Program-made: the position numbers and the translations under genes
Notes under the pieces: model-generated
The model's input: only the letters and a program-made list of their open reading frames with translations
Told to the model about the DNA's origin: nothing
Database searches by the model: none
In this document: positions 9,560 through 19,257 of the stretch, piece by piece
Layout: every line of letters starts with the position of its first letter
How positions within the stretch are numbered: position 1 is the first letter of the stretch
Origin: Spirochaetia bacterium
Lineage (GTDB): Bacteria; Spirochaetota; Spirochaetia; SZUA-6; Bin103
NCBI GenBank assembly: GCA_965199955.1
Contig: CBDATQ010000002.1
Span: forward strand, 704,001 to 768,000
DNA: 64,000 nt
Direction of reading: 5' to 3'

Positions 9560-11290
9560 CTAGCGAATCCCCGGGAACGCGTGTGTAGGCTGATTGGCGT
9601 AGCGGTTCATCTTCAGGGTCAGGCGGGCGCCGACGCCCGGCGCCAGGTGCACGGTGATCGCCGGTTCGTCCAGCGGCGTGGTGTTGCCGTCCACTTCCAC
9701 CGCCGTGAACTGGTGCTCGGCATAGGCGCCGGCCTGCAGGGCCAACGCGTGGCGGCGTGCGGGGCTGAGGTTGACCAGCGTGACGGTCACTTCGTCGTCG
9801 CTCATCGAGTCGACCAGCGACGCAACGTCCTCCGGGATTCCGGCGCGGCCGCGGTCCAGGTCGAAGTAACGCACGCGGGTGTGCCATGCGACGCCGATGT
9901 GGCGTGAGGGCAGGCCGCCGAGCATCAGCTCCACCAGCCGCCAGATGCAGGCGCCCGGATTCATGGAATTCATGCTCTCCGACAGCCGAGTGTCCGGGGT
10001 GCTCTCGTCCTCCCGCATGCGCTGCACCGCCTCGCGCAGCGCGGCAAGCTCGCCGGCCAGCGCCGCGACGGGATAGTCCGGGTCGTCTCCCGACAGGTAG
10101 CCACCCCACGGGCTGCGCCGTGCCAGCGCGCGGTCGCCTTCCGCCATCGACCAGTAGTACATCTCCAGGGCCCCGTGGTCGTAGGGCTCCGGCGTGAACT
10201 CGTACCAGCCGTCGTCGCCGCGCTTCTGCGGGTACTGCAGCACGCCGTCGATTTCCTTCGCGTGGGCGCTGACCGCCTGGATGTTACGCCGCCACACGTC
10301 CACGTAGCGCTGATCGCCGGAGACCAGCAGGGCATTGCCGAAGCCGTACGGCGCCAGGGAGCGGAAGTACGCCTTGTGGTCCCAGCCGTACACCGCCCCC
10401 CACCAGCGGCCGCCTGCGCCGCCGCCGATGGTGCCGTCCAGACCGACATTGCTGGGGATGATGCCGCCGTTATCGTCGGCGCGCTCCACCCACGCGTCCG
10501 CGTACTCCAGGATCCAGTCGCGGTACTTGGCCTCGCCCGTGCACAGGTACGCGTTCAGCGCCACCACGGTGACCGCCAGGTTGCACGGGGTGTCGCCGGT
10601 CACGTCCTGGTAGATGGAGAAGTGATCGACGTAATCCTGCCAGGTGCGATGCCAGCGCAGCGGCGTGAAGCGGCCCTCGCACTCGAAGGGGTCGCCTCCC
10701 CAGTCGATGGGGGTGGTGCGGCGCAGCACCGGGCCGCGGCTGCCAGTCATCACGCTACGGATCAGGCGGTGCTCGGGATCGTAGTTGGCGGCGCCGGGGT
10801 CCTCGCCCATGTAGAAGCCGGCGTAGCGGCGCATGCGCGCCTGGTAGGTGGGGTCCCACGGCTCGGCCAGACCCTGCTGGAACAGGCCGTGGAAGCCCTC
10901 GGCGTTGTGCACGAAGTCGAAGCTGGTCGGGAACTCCTTGTAATACATGCCGTCGCGCGCCAGCGGGCACTCGACGGTGCGCGCCTCGGTGTACTGCCGC
11001 ATGTGGCCCTCGATGCCCTGGCGGTACAGATCCAGCACCCGCTCCGGTCCGCCGAGCGCGTAGAGCTCCGTCCAGCCGGTGACGTTCTCCGCCGCGTCGT
11101 CGGGGCCGTCCAGCGCACCCCAGCGCGGGTAGCACAGCAGGTAGCCGCGCTCGTCGAAGTACTTTGCGTAGAACTCCTCGATCGCGTCCGGGAGGGCGGC
11201 CATGAGCCGGCGTTCCAGGAGCGCCCAGTGCGGCGCCGGCATCGGCGTGGTCAGTTCCAGGGTGGTCTCGGGCAACGGGCGTTCATGCAT
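9560..11290 (-). CDS. Conserved hypothetical protein, probable alpha/alpha-toroid enzyme (576 aa)
   Basis: Long ORF rich in Trp/Tyr/Asp with GC3-biased codons; WGALDGPDDAAEN motif; ATG 11290 preferred over 11380. Confidence 0.75.
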   Translation of the reverse strand: MHERPLPETTLELTTPMPAPHWALLERRLMAALPDAIEEFYAKYFDERGYLLCYPRWGALDGPDDAAENVTGWTELYALGGPERVLDLYRQGIEGHMRQYTEARTVECPLARDGMYYKEFPTSFDFVHNAEGFHGLFQQGLAEPWDPTYQARMRRYAGFYMGEDPGAANYDPEHRLIRSVMTGSRGPVLRRTTPIDWGGDPFECEGRFTPLRWHRTWQDYVDHFSIYQDVTGDTPCNLAVTVVALNAYLCTGEAKYRDWILEYADAWVERADDNGGIIPSNVGLDGTIGGGAGGRWWGAVYGWDHKAYFRSLAPYGFGNALLVSGDQRYVDVWRRNIQAVSAHAKEIDGVLQYPQKRGDDGWYEFTPEPYDHGALEMYYWSMAEGDRALARRSPWGGYLSGDDPDYPVAALAGELAALREAVQRMREDESTPDTRLSESMNSMNPGACIWRLVELMLGGLPSRHIGVAWHTRVRYFDLDRGRAGIPEDVASLVDSMSDDEVTVTLVNLSPARRHALALQAGAYAEHQFTAVEVDGNTTPLDEPAITVHLAPGVGARLTLKMNRYANQPTHAFPGIR

Positions 11291-11378
11291 GGAGTGTTCC
11301 TGGCGCGGAGGGTTCCAGCGGGACGGCCGAGTCTTCGACCGAGGTTGCGGCAGTATACTATGAGGACACGTGGAATCC

Positions 11379-12656
11379 ATGGATCTGAGACTGAGTCAGG
11401 CGGCGTACGCGCGGGCGATCGAGTTGCTGCCCGGCGGCGTCAACAGCCCGGTGCGAGCGTTTCGCCGCGTCGGCGGCGACCCGATCTTCTTCCGTAGCGG
11501 CTCAGGCAGCCGCTGCATCGACCTGGACGGCAACGCATATACCGACTACTGCCTGTCGTGGGGGCCGCTCATCCACGGCCATGCGTCCCCGACGGTGGTG
11601 GAGGCGGTGCGCCGCGCAGCGGCGGACGGGCTGTCGTTTGGTGCCTGTCACGAGCGCGAGCTGGAGTTGGCCGAGCTGGTGCTGGGCGCGGTGTCCGGGC
11701 GGCGGCGGATGCGCGCGGTGAGCTCCGGGACCGAGGCGGTCATGACCGCGGTGCGCATCGCCCGAGCGGCCACGGGCAGGGAGCTGGTGGTCAAGTTCGA
11801 CGGCGGTTACCACGGCCATGCGGACGGCATGCTGGTCAAGGCCGGCTCCGGGCTGGCCACGCAGGCGATCGCCGACTCGGCCGGCGTGCCGAAGGCGGTA
11901 GCGGCGACCACGGTGGTGGTGCCGTTCGACGACGACGCGGCGATCAGGGCCGTGTTCGCGGAGTTCGGCAGCCGGATCGCCGCGGTGGTGATCGAGCCGC
12001 TGCCCGCCAACAACGGGCTGCTGGTGCAGCGTCCCGAATATCTTTGCCTGGTGGCGTCGCTGGCGCGCAGCGCCGGCGCCCTGCTGGTCCTGGACGAGGT
12101 GATCTCGGGCTTCCGGCTGCGCTACGGAAGCTACGGCGAGGGGCTCGGCCTGGACGCCGACCTGCTCACCTTCGGCAAGGTGATCGGCGGCGGCATGCCG
12201 CTGGGTGCGGTGGCCGGAGCGCCGGAGTTGATGGACCTGCTAGCCCCGGACGGCGCGGTCTACCAGGCCGGGACTCTGAGTGGCAATCCGCTGTCGATGG
12301 CGGCCGGGATAGCGGCGCTGCAGGCGCTGCGCGACGACCCGCCGTACGAGCGGCTGGAGCGGCTCGGCGCCGGTCTCGACGCCGCGATCGCCGGTCTCGG
12401 CCGCGGCGACGTGCAGATCCGACGGACCGGCTCGATCGCCTGGCTCTACCTTGCGTCGGGAGAGCTGCCGAGCCGTGCCGACGGCATCGATGCGGCGGCG
12501 GTCGAGCGGTACGGCGCGCTGCACCGGCCGCTGCTGGAGCGGGGACACTACCTGCCGCCGTCCGCCTACGAGGTTCTGTTCCTCTGCACCGCGCACGCAA
12601 CGGCGCAGATCGAGGCGCTGGCGACCGACCTCGGCGAGTTGCTGCGGGCGGCGTAG
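11379..12656 (+). CDS. hemL: Glutamate-1-semialdehyde 2,1-aminomutase
   Basis: PGGVNSPVRAF, SGTEAVM, FDGGYHGH, FGKVIGGGMP, YQAGTLSGNP. Confidence 0.95.
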   Translation: MDLRLSQAAYARAIELLPGGVNSPVRAFRRVGGDPIFFRSGSGSRCIDLDGNAYTDYCLSWGPLIHGHASPTVVEAVRRAAADGLSFGACHERELELAELVLGAVSGRRRMRAVSSGTEAVMTAVRIARAATGRELVVKFDGGYHGHADGMLVKAGSGLATQAIADSAGVPKAVAATTVVVPFDDDAAIRAVFAEFGSRIAAVVIEPLPANNGLLVQRPEYLCLVASLARSAGALLVLDEVISGFRLRYGSYGEGLGLDADLLTFGKVIGGGMPLGAVAGAPELMDLLAPDGAVYQAGTLSGNPLSMAAGIAALQALRDDPPYERLERLGAGLDAAIAGLGRGDVQIRRTGSIAWLYLASGELPSRADGIDAAAVERYGALHRPLLERGHYLPPSAYEVLFLCTAHATAQIEALATDLGELLRAA

Positions 12657-12735
12657 GTCGGTCGGACGCAGCCGGCGCCCGGGACGTCCGATGGCCGCCT
12701 GCGCCGATCCCGCCGATATTTACTTGGGAGTGAAG

Positions 12736-13929
12736 ATGGATATCGATTCCCGCGACAAGCTGGTGGCCGACGTCGAGGCGTTCTGCCAGGAGGTTCGTCC
12801 GGTCGAGGACCTCTGCTATCTGGAGCACCGCTTCAACGACCAGGCCATCGAGCTTGCGCGCAAGCACGAGATCCTGGGGCTCAACGTGCCGGTTGCCTAC
12901 GGCGGACGGGGCGCCGACGTGCGTACCTACGTCGACGCGCTGGCGCGCATCGGCCGGGAGGGGACGGGTGTGCGCACGCTGTTCTCCGGCCACTGCTCGA
13001 TCGGCCAGACCGTGCTGATCGAGTGGGGGAGCGAGGAGCAGAAGCGGCGGGTGCTGCCGGAGACCGCCGCCGGCCGCGCGATCATGGCGTTCGGCCTGAC
13101 CGAGCCCGAGGCCGGATCGAACCCGCGGGAGATGCAGATGACCTACCGGCGCGAGGGCGACCGCTTTCTGCTCAACGGCGTCAAGTACCTGATCTCCAAC
13201 GGCAGCATCGCCGACCTGATCGTGGTGTTCGCCTACCCGGAGCCCACCGGCGATCCGGCAGCCGACAAGGCGCGGCGGTTCAGCGCCTTTCTGGTCACGA
13301 CCGACCAGGAGGGCATCGAGCGGGAGATGATGACCGCGAAGGTCGGGCTGCCGACCAGCGATACCTCGATGTTCGAGCTCACCGATTACCCGGTCCCGGT
13401 GGAGAACCTGCTGGGAGCGGAAGGACAGGGGCTGACCATCGCCATGCAGACGCTGCGCGCCGGGCGGCTGAGCGTCGCGGCCGGCTGCCTGGGCGTGATC
13501 GAGGACTGCCTGGAAGAGGCGTGCGCGTACGCCAAGGAGCGCTCGCAACACGGCAAGCAGATCGCCCGCCACCAGTTGGTGCAGGAGCACATCGCCACGA
13601 TCGAGCTGGCGCGTCAGGCCTCGGAGAGCCTGATCCACACCGCGGCGGACGCCAAGCAGGCCGCCTACGAGAACCCCGGGGACGCTGCCGTGATGGCGCG
13701 CGTGGACCTGCTGGTGGCGGAGGCCAAGCTGTTCGCCTCCGACGCGGCGTTCCGTGCGGCCGACAGCGCCATGCAGGTGTTCGGCGGACGCGGCTACTCG
13801 GAGCTGTTCCGTCCGGGGCGGCACTGGAAGGACGTGCGCGTGTGCCGGATCTACGAGGGAACGGACGAGATCCTCAAGCTCAAGGTGGCGGCCGGCGTGC
13901 TCGGCAAGGAGTACGAGGCCTACCGCTGA
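12736..13929 (+). CDS. Acyl-CoA dehydrogenase
   Basis: AFGLTEPEAGS, NGVKYLISNG, QVFGGRGY, IYEGTDEI. Confidence 0.93.
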   Translation: MDIDSRDKLVADVEAFCQEVRPVEDLCYLEHRFNDQAIELARKHEILGLNVPVAYGGRGADVRTYVDALARIGREGTGVRTLFSGHCSIGQTVLIEWGSEEQKRRVLPETAAGRAIMAFGLTEPEAGSNPREMQMTYRREGDRFLLNGVKYLISNGSIADLIVVFAYPEPTGDPAADKARRFSAFLVTTDQEGIEREMMTAKVGLPTSDTSMFELTDYPVPVENLLGAEGQGLTIAMQTLRAGRLSVAAGCLGVIEDCLEEACAYAKERSQHGKQIARHQLVQEHIATIELARQASESLIHTAADAKQAAYENPGDAAVMARVDLLVAEAKLFASDAAFRAADSAMQVFGGRGYSELFRPGRHWKDVRVCRIYEGTDEILKLKVAAGVLGKEYEAYR

Positions 13930-13932
13930 GTG

Positions 13933-14379
13933 CTACGCCTGTGCGGCGAGCTGCGCCCGGAACCCCTCCCACGCGCTGGCGATCACTCTGCCGGCGGACG
14001 CCTCGATCAGTCCGGCGCCCACCGGCCCCAGCAGCCCGCCGAGTTCGTCCACGGTCGCCGTCCAGGTGACGCCGGCGCCTCCTCCGGCCTCGCCCACCTC
14101 GAACGTGGTGGTCACCGCCGCCATCGATCCGATCCCCTTGCTGCGGATGCCGAGCACCAGGCGTGGCTCCGAGCGCTCCTGCACGTCGATCGTGGTCGAC
14201 AGCGATCCGGTCAGGAACGACAGCCCCGGCTTCACCCTGCAGGTGACGTGGTCCTCGCTCGTGCTGGAGAGCGAGGACAAGCCGGGGATCGCGCCGGCCA
14301 GGAAGGAGAGGTCGGACAGCCGCCGCCACACCTCCGCGGCGGATTGCGTGAAGCGCTCGACGCCGGACAGCTCGATCAT
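13933..14379 (-). CDS. CoxG/SRPBCC (START-like) domain protein
   Basis: MIELSGVERF...VWRRLSD...AIPG, GGLLGPVGAGLI pattern; ATGA overlap with the thiolase stop. Confidence 0.75.
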   Translation of the reverse strand: MIELSGVERFTQSAAEVWRRLSDLSFLAGAIPGLSSLSSTSEDHVTCRVKPGLSFLTGSLSTTIDVQERSEPRLVLGIRSKGIGSMAAVTTTFEVGEAGGGAGVTWTATVDELGGLLGPVGAGLIEASAGRVIASAWEGFRAQLAAQA

Positions 14380-15566
14380 GCCGCCTCCCGCTCGACGACC
14401 ACGCCGCACGCCTCGCCGCCGCCGATGCACAGCGCCGCCACGCCGCGCGCGGCGCGGCGGCCCGGCAGGGCGGCGAGACCATGCAGCAGCGTGGTGAGGA
14501 TGCGGGCGCCGCTGGCCCCGATCGGATGGCCCAGCGCCACGGCGCCGCCGTCCACGTTGCAGCGATCGCCGTCGATGCCCAGGTCGCGCTCCACGGCCAG
14601 GTTGCCGACGGCGAACGCCTCGTTGACCTCGAACCGGTCGACGTCGTCGATCGCCACGCCGGCCCGGTCCAGGATCGGCGGAATCACCTGCGCGGGCGCT
14701 AGCAGGAAGCGGGCGGGGGCGGACGCCACGCTGCCGTGCGCGACGATCGTGCCGAGCGGGGTGATGCCCAGCTCGGCCGCGCGGCGGTCGGTCATGACCA
14801 CGCAGGCGGCGGCGCCGTCGTTGAGCGACGACGCGTTCGCGGCGGTGATCGTACCGTCGGCGGCGAAGGCGGGACGCAGCGTGGTCATCTTGTCGAAGTC
14901 GGCGCGGCTGGGCTCCTCGTCGGCCGTCACCGGCCGGTTGCCGGGCTTGCCCGCGACCGGCACGATCTCGGCGTCCCAGCGCCCGCTGCGCTGAGCGTCC
15001 AGCGCGCGTCGGTAGGAGCGCGCCGCGTACGCGTCCTGCGCGGCGCGCTCGATGCCGTACTCGCGGGCGATCAACTCGGCGGCATCCCCCATGTGGAAGT
15101 CGTTGTACACGTCCCAGAGCCCGTCGACGATCATGCTGTCGGCGACCTGCTGGTGGCCGTAGCGGAAGCCGCGGCGTGCGCCGGACAGCAGGTAGGGGGC
15201 GTTCGACATGCTCTCCATGCCGCCGGCCACGGCGATGCCGGCGTCGTCGGCCAGCACGGCGCGCGCGGCAAGGATCACCGCCTGCAGTCCCGATCCGCAC
15301 ACCTTGTTGACCGTCGTGCAGGGAACGCCTTCCGGAAGCCCGGCGCCGATGGCCGCCTGCCGGGCCGGCGCCTGGCCCGCACCGGCGGCGAGCACCTGGC
15401 CCATGAAGACCTCGTCCACGTCGTGCGGGGCTATGCCCGCGCGGCGCACCGCCTCGCCGATCGCCGCCGCGCCCAGACGCGGCGCCGGGAGCGCGGCAAG
15501 CGCGCCGCCCAGCGCGCCGATCGGGGTGCGGCAGGCCGCGGCTATCACGGCGCGTTCGGCGGGCAT
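14376..15566 (-). CDS. Acetyl-CoA C-acyltransferase (thiolase)
   Basis: NKVCGSG, NEAF, GHPIGASG, CIGGG. Confidence 0.95.
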   Translation of the reverse strand: MPAERAVIAAACRTPIGALGGALAALPAPRLGAAAIGEAVRRAGIAPHDVDEVFMGQVLAAGAGQAPARQAAIGAGLPEGVPCTTVNKVCGSGLQAVILAARAVLADDAGIAVAGGMESMSNAPYLLSGARRGFRYGHQQVADSMIVDGLWDVYNDFHMGDAAELIAREYGIERAAQDAYAARSYRRALDAQRSGRWDAEIVPVAGKPGNRPVTADEEPSRADFDKMTTLRPAFAADGTITAANASSLNDGAAACVVMTDRRAAELGITPLGTIVAHGSVASAPARFLLAPAQVIPPILDRAGVAIDDVDRFEVNEAFAVGNLAVERDLGIDGDRCNVDGGAVALGHPIGASGARILTTLLHGLAALPGRRAARGVAALCIGGGEACGVVVEREAA

Positions 15567-15701
15567 GTCCTGACGCGGCAGTCTGTCGGAACGCCGCGTC
15601 TGCGGCAAGCCCGACGATGGCGGTGTCGACGACGACCATGGTGCCGGCAGCCACGGCGCGAGCTTGCCGCCGGTGTGGGTTTCTCCCCACGATGCCGCGT
15701 C

Positions 15702-18392
15702 ATGAGCGACCATCCCTTGAGTGAGGCCACCCGCGCCCATTTCACCTACCGCGGCGAGCAACTGAACGAGATCTCGTTCCCGCTCGGTGGAATCGGCTCC
15801 GGCTGCATCGGCCTGGCCGGCAACGGCCGCCTGATCGACTGGGAGATCTTCAACCGGCCCGCCAAGGGCAGCGTCAACGGTTTCAGCCACTTCGCCGTCA
15901 AGGCGGAGCGCGCAGGCCACGTGGTGGACGCGCGGGTGTTGCAGGGCGACCTGACCGGCCCTCTCTCGGGCAGCCTGCGCTCGACCTGGCTGCACAGCTT
16001 CGGCTTCGGCCCGACGCGCGCGTCCCTGGGAGGACTGCCCCACTTTGCCGAGGTCGAATTCGAGGGCACCTTCCCGGTGGCCACGCTCACCTTCCGGGAC
16101 GGGACCTTCCCCGGCGCCGTCACCCTGCGCGCCATGAACCCCTTCATCCCCGGCAACGCCGACGACTCCAGCATTCCGGCCGCCTGCTTCGAGGTGCAGG
16201 TGACCAATCCCGGCGCCGACGACCTGGACTACACCGTCGCGCTGGCGGTGTCGAACCCGGCCCGTGCCGGATCGGTCAACCGCGCCCGGCGCGACGGCGC
16301 CGCGCAGTTGCTCACGCTGGCGGAGAGCGGCATCGCCTGCGACCACCCGAACGCCGGCGACCTCACCGTCGCCACTGACAGCCCCGGTGTCAGCTACCAG
16401 GAGTGCTGGTTCCGCGGCATGTGGTTCGACGACCTGACCATCTACTGGCACGACTTCACCGCGCCGGGCGGCTTCGAGAATCGCAGTTATGCGGAGCACG
16501 GCAAGGCCGGGCACGGGTTCGGCGGGGGCGACACCGGCGTGCTGGCGGCCACGCTCGGCGTCCCTGCGGGCGAAACGCGCGCTGCCCGTTTCGTGCTCAC
16601 CTGGAGCTACCCCAACTGCGTCAACTACTGGCACCCCGTGGGGGTCGAGCAGGAACAGCGGGACGAGCCGCCGCCGGCGCTCGACCACGCGGAGTGGCGC
16701 AACCACTACGCGACCCGCTTTCCGGACTCCGCGGCCAGCGCCGCCTACTGTCTGCGTGAGTGGGAGCGGCTGTGGAGCCACACTCTGGCGTTCCGCGACG
16801 CGCTTTACGCATCCAGCGTTCCGCCCGCCGTGCTCGATGCCGCGGCCGCCACCCTGTCGGTGCTCAAGAGCCCGACGGTGCTGCGGTTGGAGGACGGCAC
16901 CTTCTACGGCTTCGAGGGGGTGCGCGTCGAGCAGGGCTGCTGCGAGGGGAGCTGCACGCACGTGTGGAACTACGCGTACGCGCTGCCGTTCCTGTTTCCG
17001 GACCTGGAGCGGTCGATGCGCGACGCCGACTTCCGCTACAACGCCGACGCCGACGGCGGCATGACCTTCCGCCTGCAACTGCCGCTGGGGCGGGAGCGGC
17101 TTGGCTTCCGCCCCTGCGCGGACGGCCAGTTCGGCGGGGTAATCAAGGCCTACCGCGATTGGAAGATCTCCGGCGACTCGGCGTGGCTGCGCGGCCACTG
17201 GGAGACCATCAAGCGGAACATCTCGTTCGCCTGGGCGGACAGCAATCCCGACCGCTGGGACGCCGACCGCGACGGCGTGCTGGAGGGCCGCCAGCATCAC
17301 ACGCTGGACATGGAGCTGTTCGGCCCCAATTCCTGGCTCAACGGCTTCTACCTGGCGGCGCTGGCCGCGGGCGCCGAGATGGCCGAGCACCTCGGCGAGC
17401 CGGACACCGCGTCCGAGTACCGGGCGCTGTTCGCGCGTGGCAAGGCGTGGACGGACGCCAACCTGTTCAACGGCGAGTACTATCAGCAGCGGATCGACCT
17501 CGCCGACCGCTCGATCCTGCAGGCGTATGAGGGCGGCGATGCCGCGGAGCGCTACCGCGGCGGGCGCTCGCAGGTGTGGAACTACTGGGACGACGAGCAC
17601 GGCCAGATCAAGTACCAGGTGGCCGAGGGGTGCGCGATCGACCAGGTGCTGGCGCAGTGGCACGCCAACGTCTGTGGCCTGGGCGAGGTTTTCGACCGCG
17701 GACAGACCCGCACCGCCCTGGCGGCCGTCTACCGCCACAACTTCAAGCGCTCGTTCCGCGAGCACTTCAACCCGGCCCGCCTGTACGCCGTGGATGACGA
17801 GGCCGGCACCATCATCTGCTCCTATCCGCGCGCCCTGCCGGTGGTGCCGATTACCTATGCCCAGGAGACCATGCACGGCTTCGAGTACCAGGCGGCCGGC
17901 CACATGATCCAGGAGGGCATGCTGGCCGAGGGCGTGGAGCTGGTGCGCGCGGTGCGCGACCGCTACGACGGTAGCCGCCGCAATCCCTGGAACGAGATCG
18001 AGTGCGGCAGCAACTACGCGCGGTCGATGGCCGCGTTCGCGCTGCTGCTGGCCTATTCCGGCTTCGAGTTCGACGCCGTCCAAGGGCACGTCGGCTTCAG
18101 CCCCAAGGTGGCGGAAACGCCGTTCACGGCCTTCTGGAGCCTGGGCTCCGGCTGGGGCACCTGCACGCTGGAAGCGGGGGAGATCAGGTTGCAGGTCGAA
18201 TCGGGCGAGTTGCCGTTGTCCACCTTCGCCAGCGACCGACTGGTGGGGGCCGGCGGCGCCGCGGTAACGGGTGTGCAGGTAGGCGGCGTCGATGTCGCCT
18301 ACCTGCAGGACGGCGGCACGCTCGCTTTCTCCGGCGCCGTCCTCATCACCCCTGATGCGCCGCTGGCTATCGCCGTGTCCGCGATGACCTGA
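15702..18392 (+). CDS. GH116 family glycoside hydrolase (non-lysosomal glucosylceramidase-like)
   Basis: FPLGGIGSG, WEIFNRP, GCCEGSCTHVWNYA, QHHTLDME, WNEIECGSNYARSMA. Confidence 0.9.
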   Translation: MSDHPLSEATRAHFTYRGEQLNEISFPLGGIGSGCIGLAGNGRLIDWEIFNRPAKGSVNGFSHFAVKAERAGHVVDARVLQGDLTGPLSGSLRSTWLHSFGFGPTRASLGGLPHFAEVEFEGTFPVATLTFRDGTFPGAVTLRAMNPFIPGNADDSSIPAACFEVQVTNPGADDLDYTVALAVSNPARAGSVNRARRDGAAQLLTLAESGIACDHPNAGDLTVATDSPGVSYQECWFRGMWFDDLTIYWHDFTAPGGFENRSYAEHGKAGHGFGGGDTGVLAATLGVPAGETRAARFVLTWSYPNCVNYWHPVGVEQEQRDEPPPALDHAEWRNHYATRFPDSAASAAYCLREWERLWSHTLAFRDALYASSVPPAVLDAAAATLSVLKSPTVLRLEDGTFYGFEGVRVEQGCCEGSCTHVWNYAYALPFLFPDLERSMRDADFRYNADADGGMTFRLQLPLGRERLGFRPCADGQFGGVIKAYRDWKISGDSAWLRGHWETIKRNISFAWADSNPDRWDADRDGVLEGRQHHTLDMELFGPNSWLNGFYLAALAAGAEMAEHLGEPDTASEYRALFARGKAWTDANLFNGEYYQQRIDLADRSILQAYEGGDAAERYRGGRSQVWNYWDDEHGQIKYQVAEGCAIDQVLAQWHANVCGLGEVFDRGQTRTALAAVYRHNFKRSFREHFNPARLYAVDDEAGTIICSYPRALPVVPITYAQETMHGFEYQAAGHMIQEGMLAEGVELVRAVRDRYDGSRRNPWNEIECGSNYARSMAAFALLLAYSGFEFDAVQGHVGFSPKVAETPFTAFWSLGSGWGTCTLEAGEIRLQVESGELPLSTFASDRLVGAGGAAVTGVQVGGVDVAYLQDGGTLAFSGAVLITPDAPLAIAVSAMT

Positions 18393-18437
18393 CGCGTCCC
18401 CAAGCACGCGGGCGCCGGTGTCTGCGGCGCGTGGCAT

Positions 18438-19021
18438 TCACTCGGCGCTTCCGGGCCGCCAGAGGCGAGCGCGGTCGAGGAAAACCTTGGGGGCGTCGAT
18501 CCAGTCGGAGTAGCCGATGCGGCCCTCATCGGTAAGCCAGTCGATCTTGGCCCCGATGCAGTCGGCCAGCTCCTGCTCGTCGGCGGAGAGCGTGAAGCCA
18601 CCGAGCTCGATCGCCGAGTCGAGCGCCGTGACCGTGAAGTCGCCGCCCGATGCGTCCGCCGCGTAGCGGTTGCCGACAACTCCTCGCACGAGTGCATCGA
18701 TCTCGCCGGTGCGCCAGATCCCGTCCCACTCCGCGATTCCGCGCCGCTCGAATGAGATGCCAGCGCCGTCCATCGCCTCGAGTGCGGTCAGCAGATCCGC
18801 TTCGTAACCTCGGTGCATGTCGAAACCGGCGCTCCCCGGCTCCCGGTTGGCGCTGTAGCTGACCGGCGAGAAATGGGCATAGAAACCCGCCCGCAGGACA
18901 CGCATCGAACAAGCCTCCGCCGATGCGCTCGTCGGCGTCGCCAGAGCCGCTGTCGACAGGGCCACCGCCGCCACGAGCGGCAGCCGGGCGAGGCCGGTCA
19001 GTGGAGTCCGTGCGTGTTCAA
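18438..19021 (-). pseudogene. Internally deleted substrate-binding protein (family 3-like)
   Basis: Signal peptide and GFYAHFSPVSY...GYEADLL joined directly to GEIDA and the C-terminus; too short for a bilobed SBP; TTG after GAGGAGG is out of frame. Confidence 0.6.
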
Positions 19022-19257
19022 CGGGTCCTCCTCATGCCGGCATCCCGGGCTGCCGGCTCCCACGGCGCTCCGTATGACCAGGAAGCACGCATGACAGGAT
19101 CGTTACCTCCGGCTTCGGTGCTTGAAAAGATCCGGGTGCCGATCCCGTGCTGCCTGTTGGCAGACATCGCCGTCTGGTATCCTCGTTGGCAGAAGTTGGG
19201 GATGACACGGGAACGGAGCGAGCCGGAAGTCGTCATCTCGCCGGCAGCGTCCGTCTG

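Noticed and set aside
7603..9588. 661-aa ORF as the sulfatase
   Set aside because: N-terminus is an off-frame read through the cupin and the C-terminus is post-frameshift; real gene is 7996-9550
11334..11361. Bidirectional promoter at palindromic AGTATACT between hemL and the divergent gene
   Set aside because: Good -10 on both strands but no convincing -35; not supportable without TSS data
14376..18437. 1353-aa minus-strand ORF and 1218-aa plus-strand ORF
   Set aside because: Each is one real gene (thiolase or GH116) extended by the stop-free antisense frame of the other; a high-GC shadow effect
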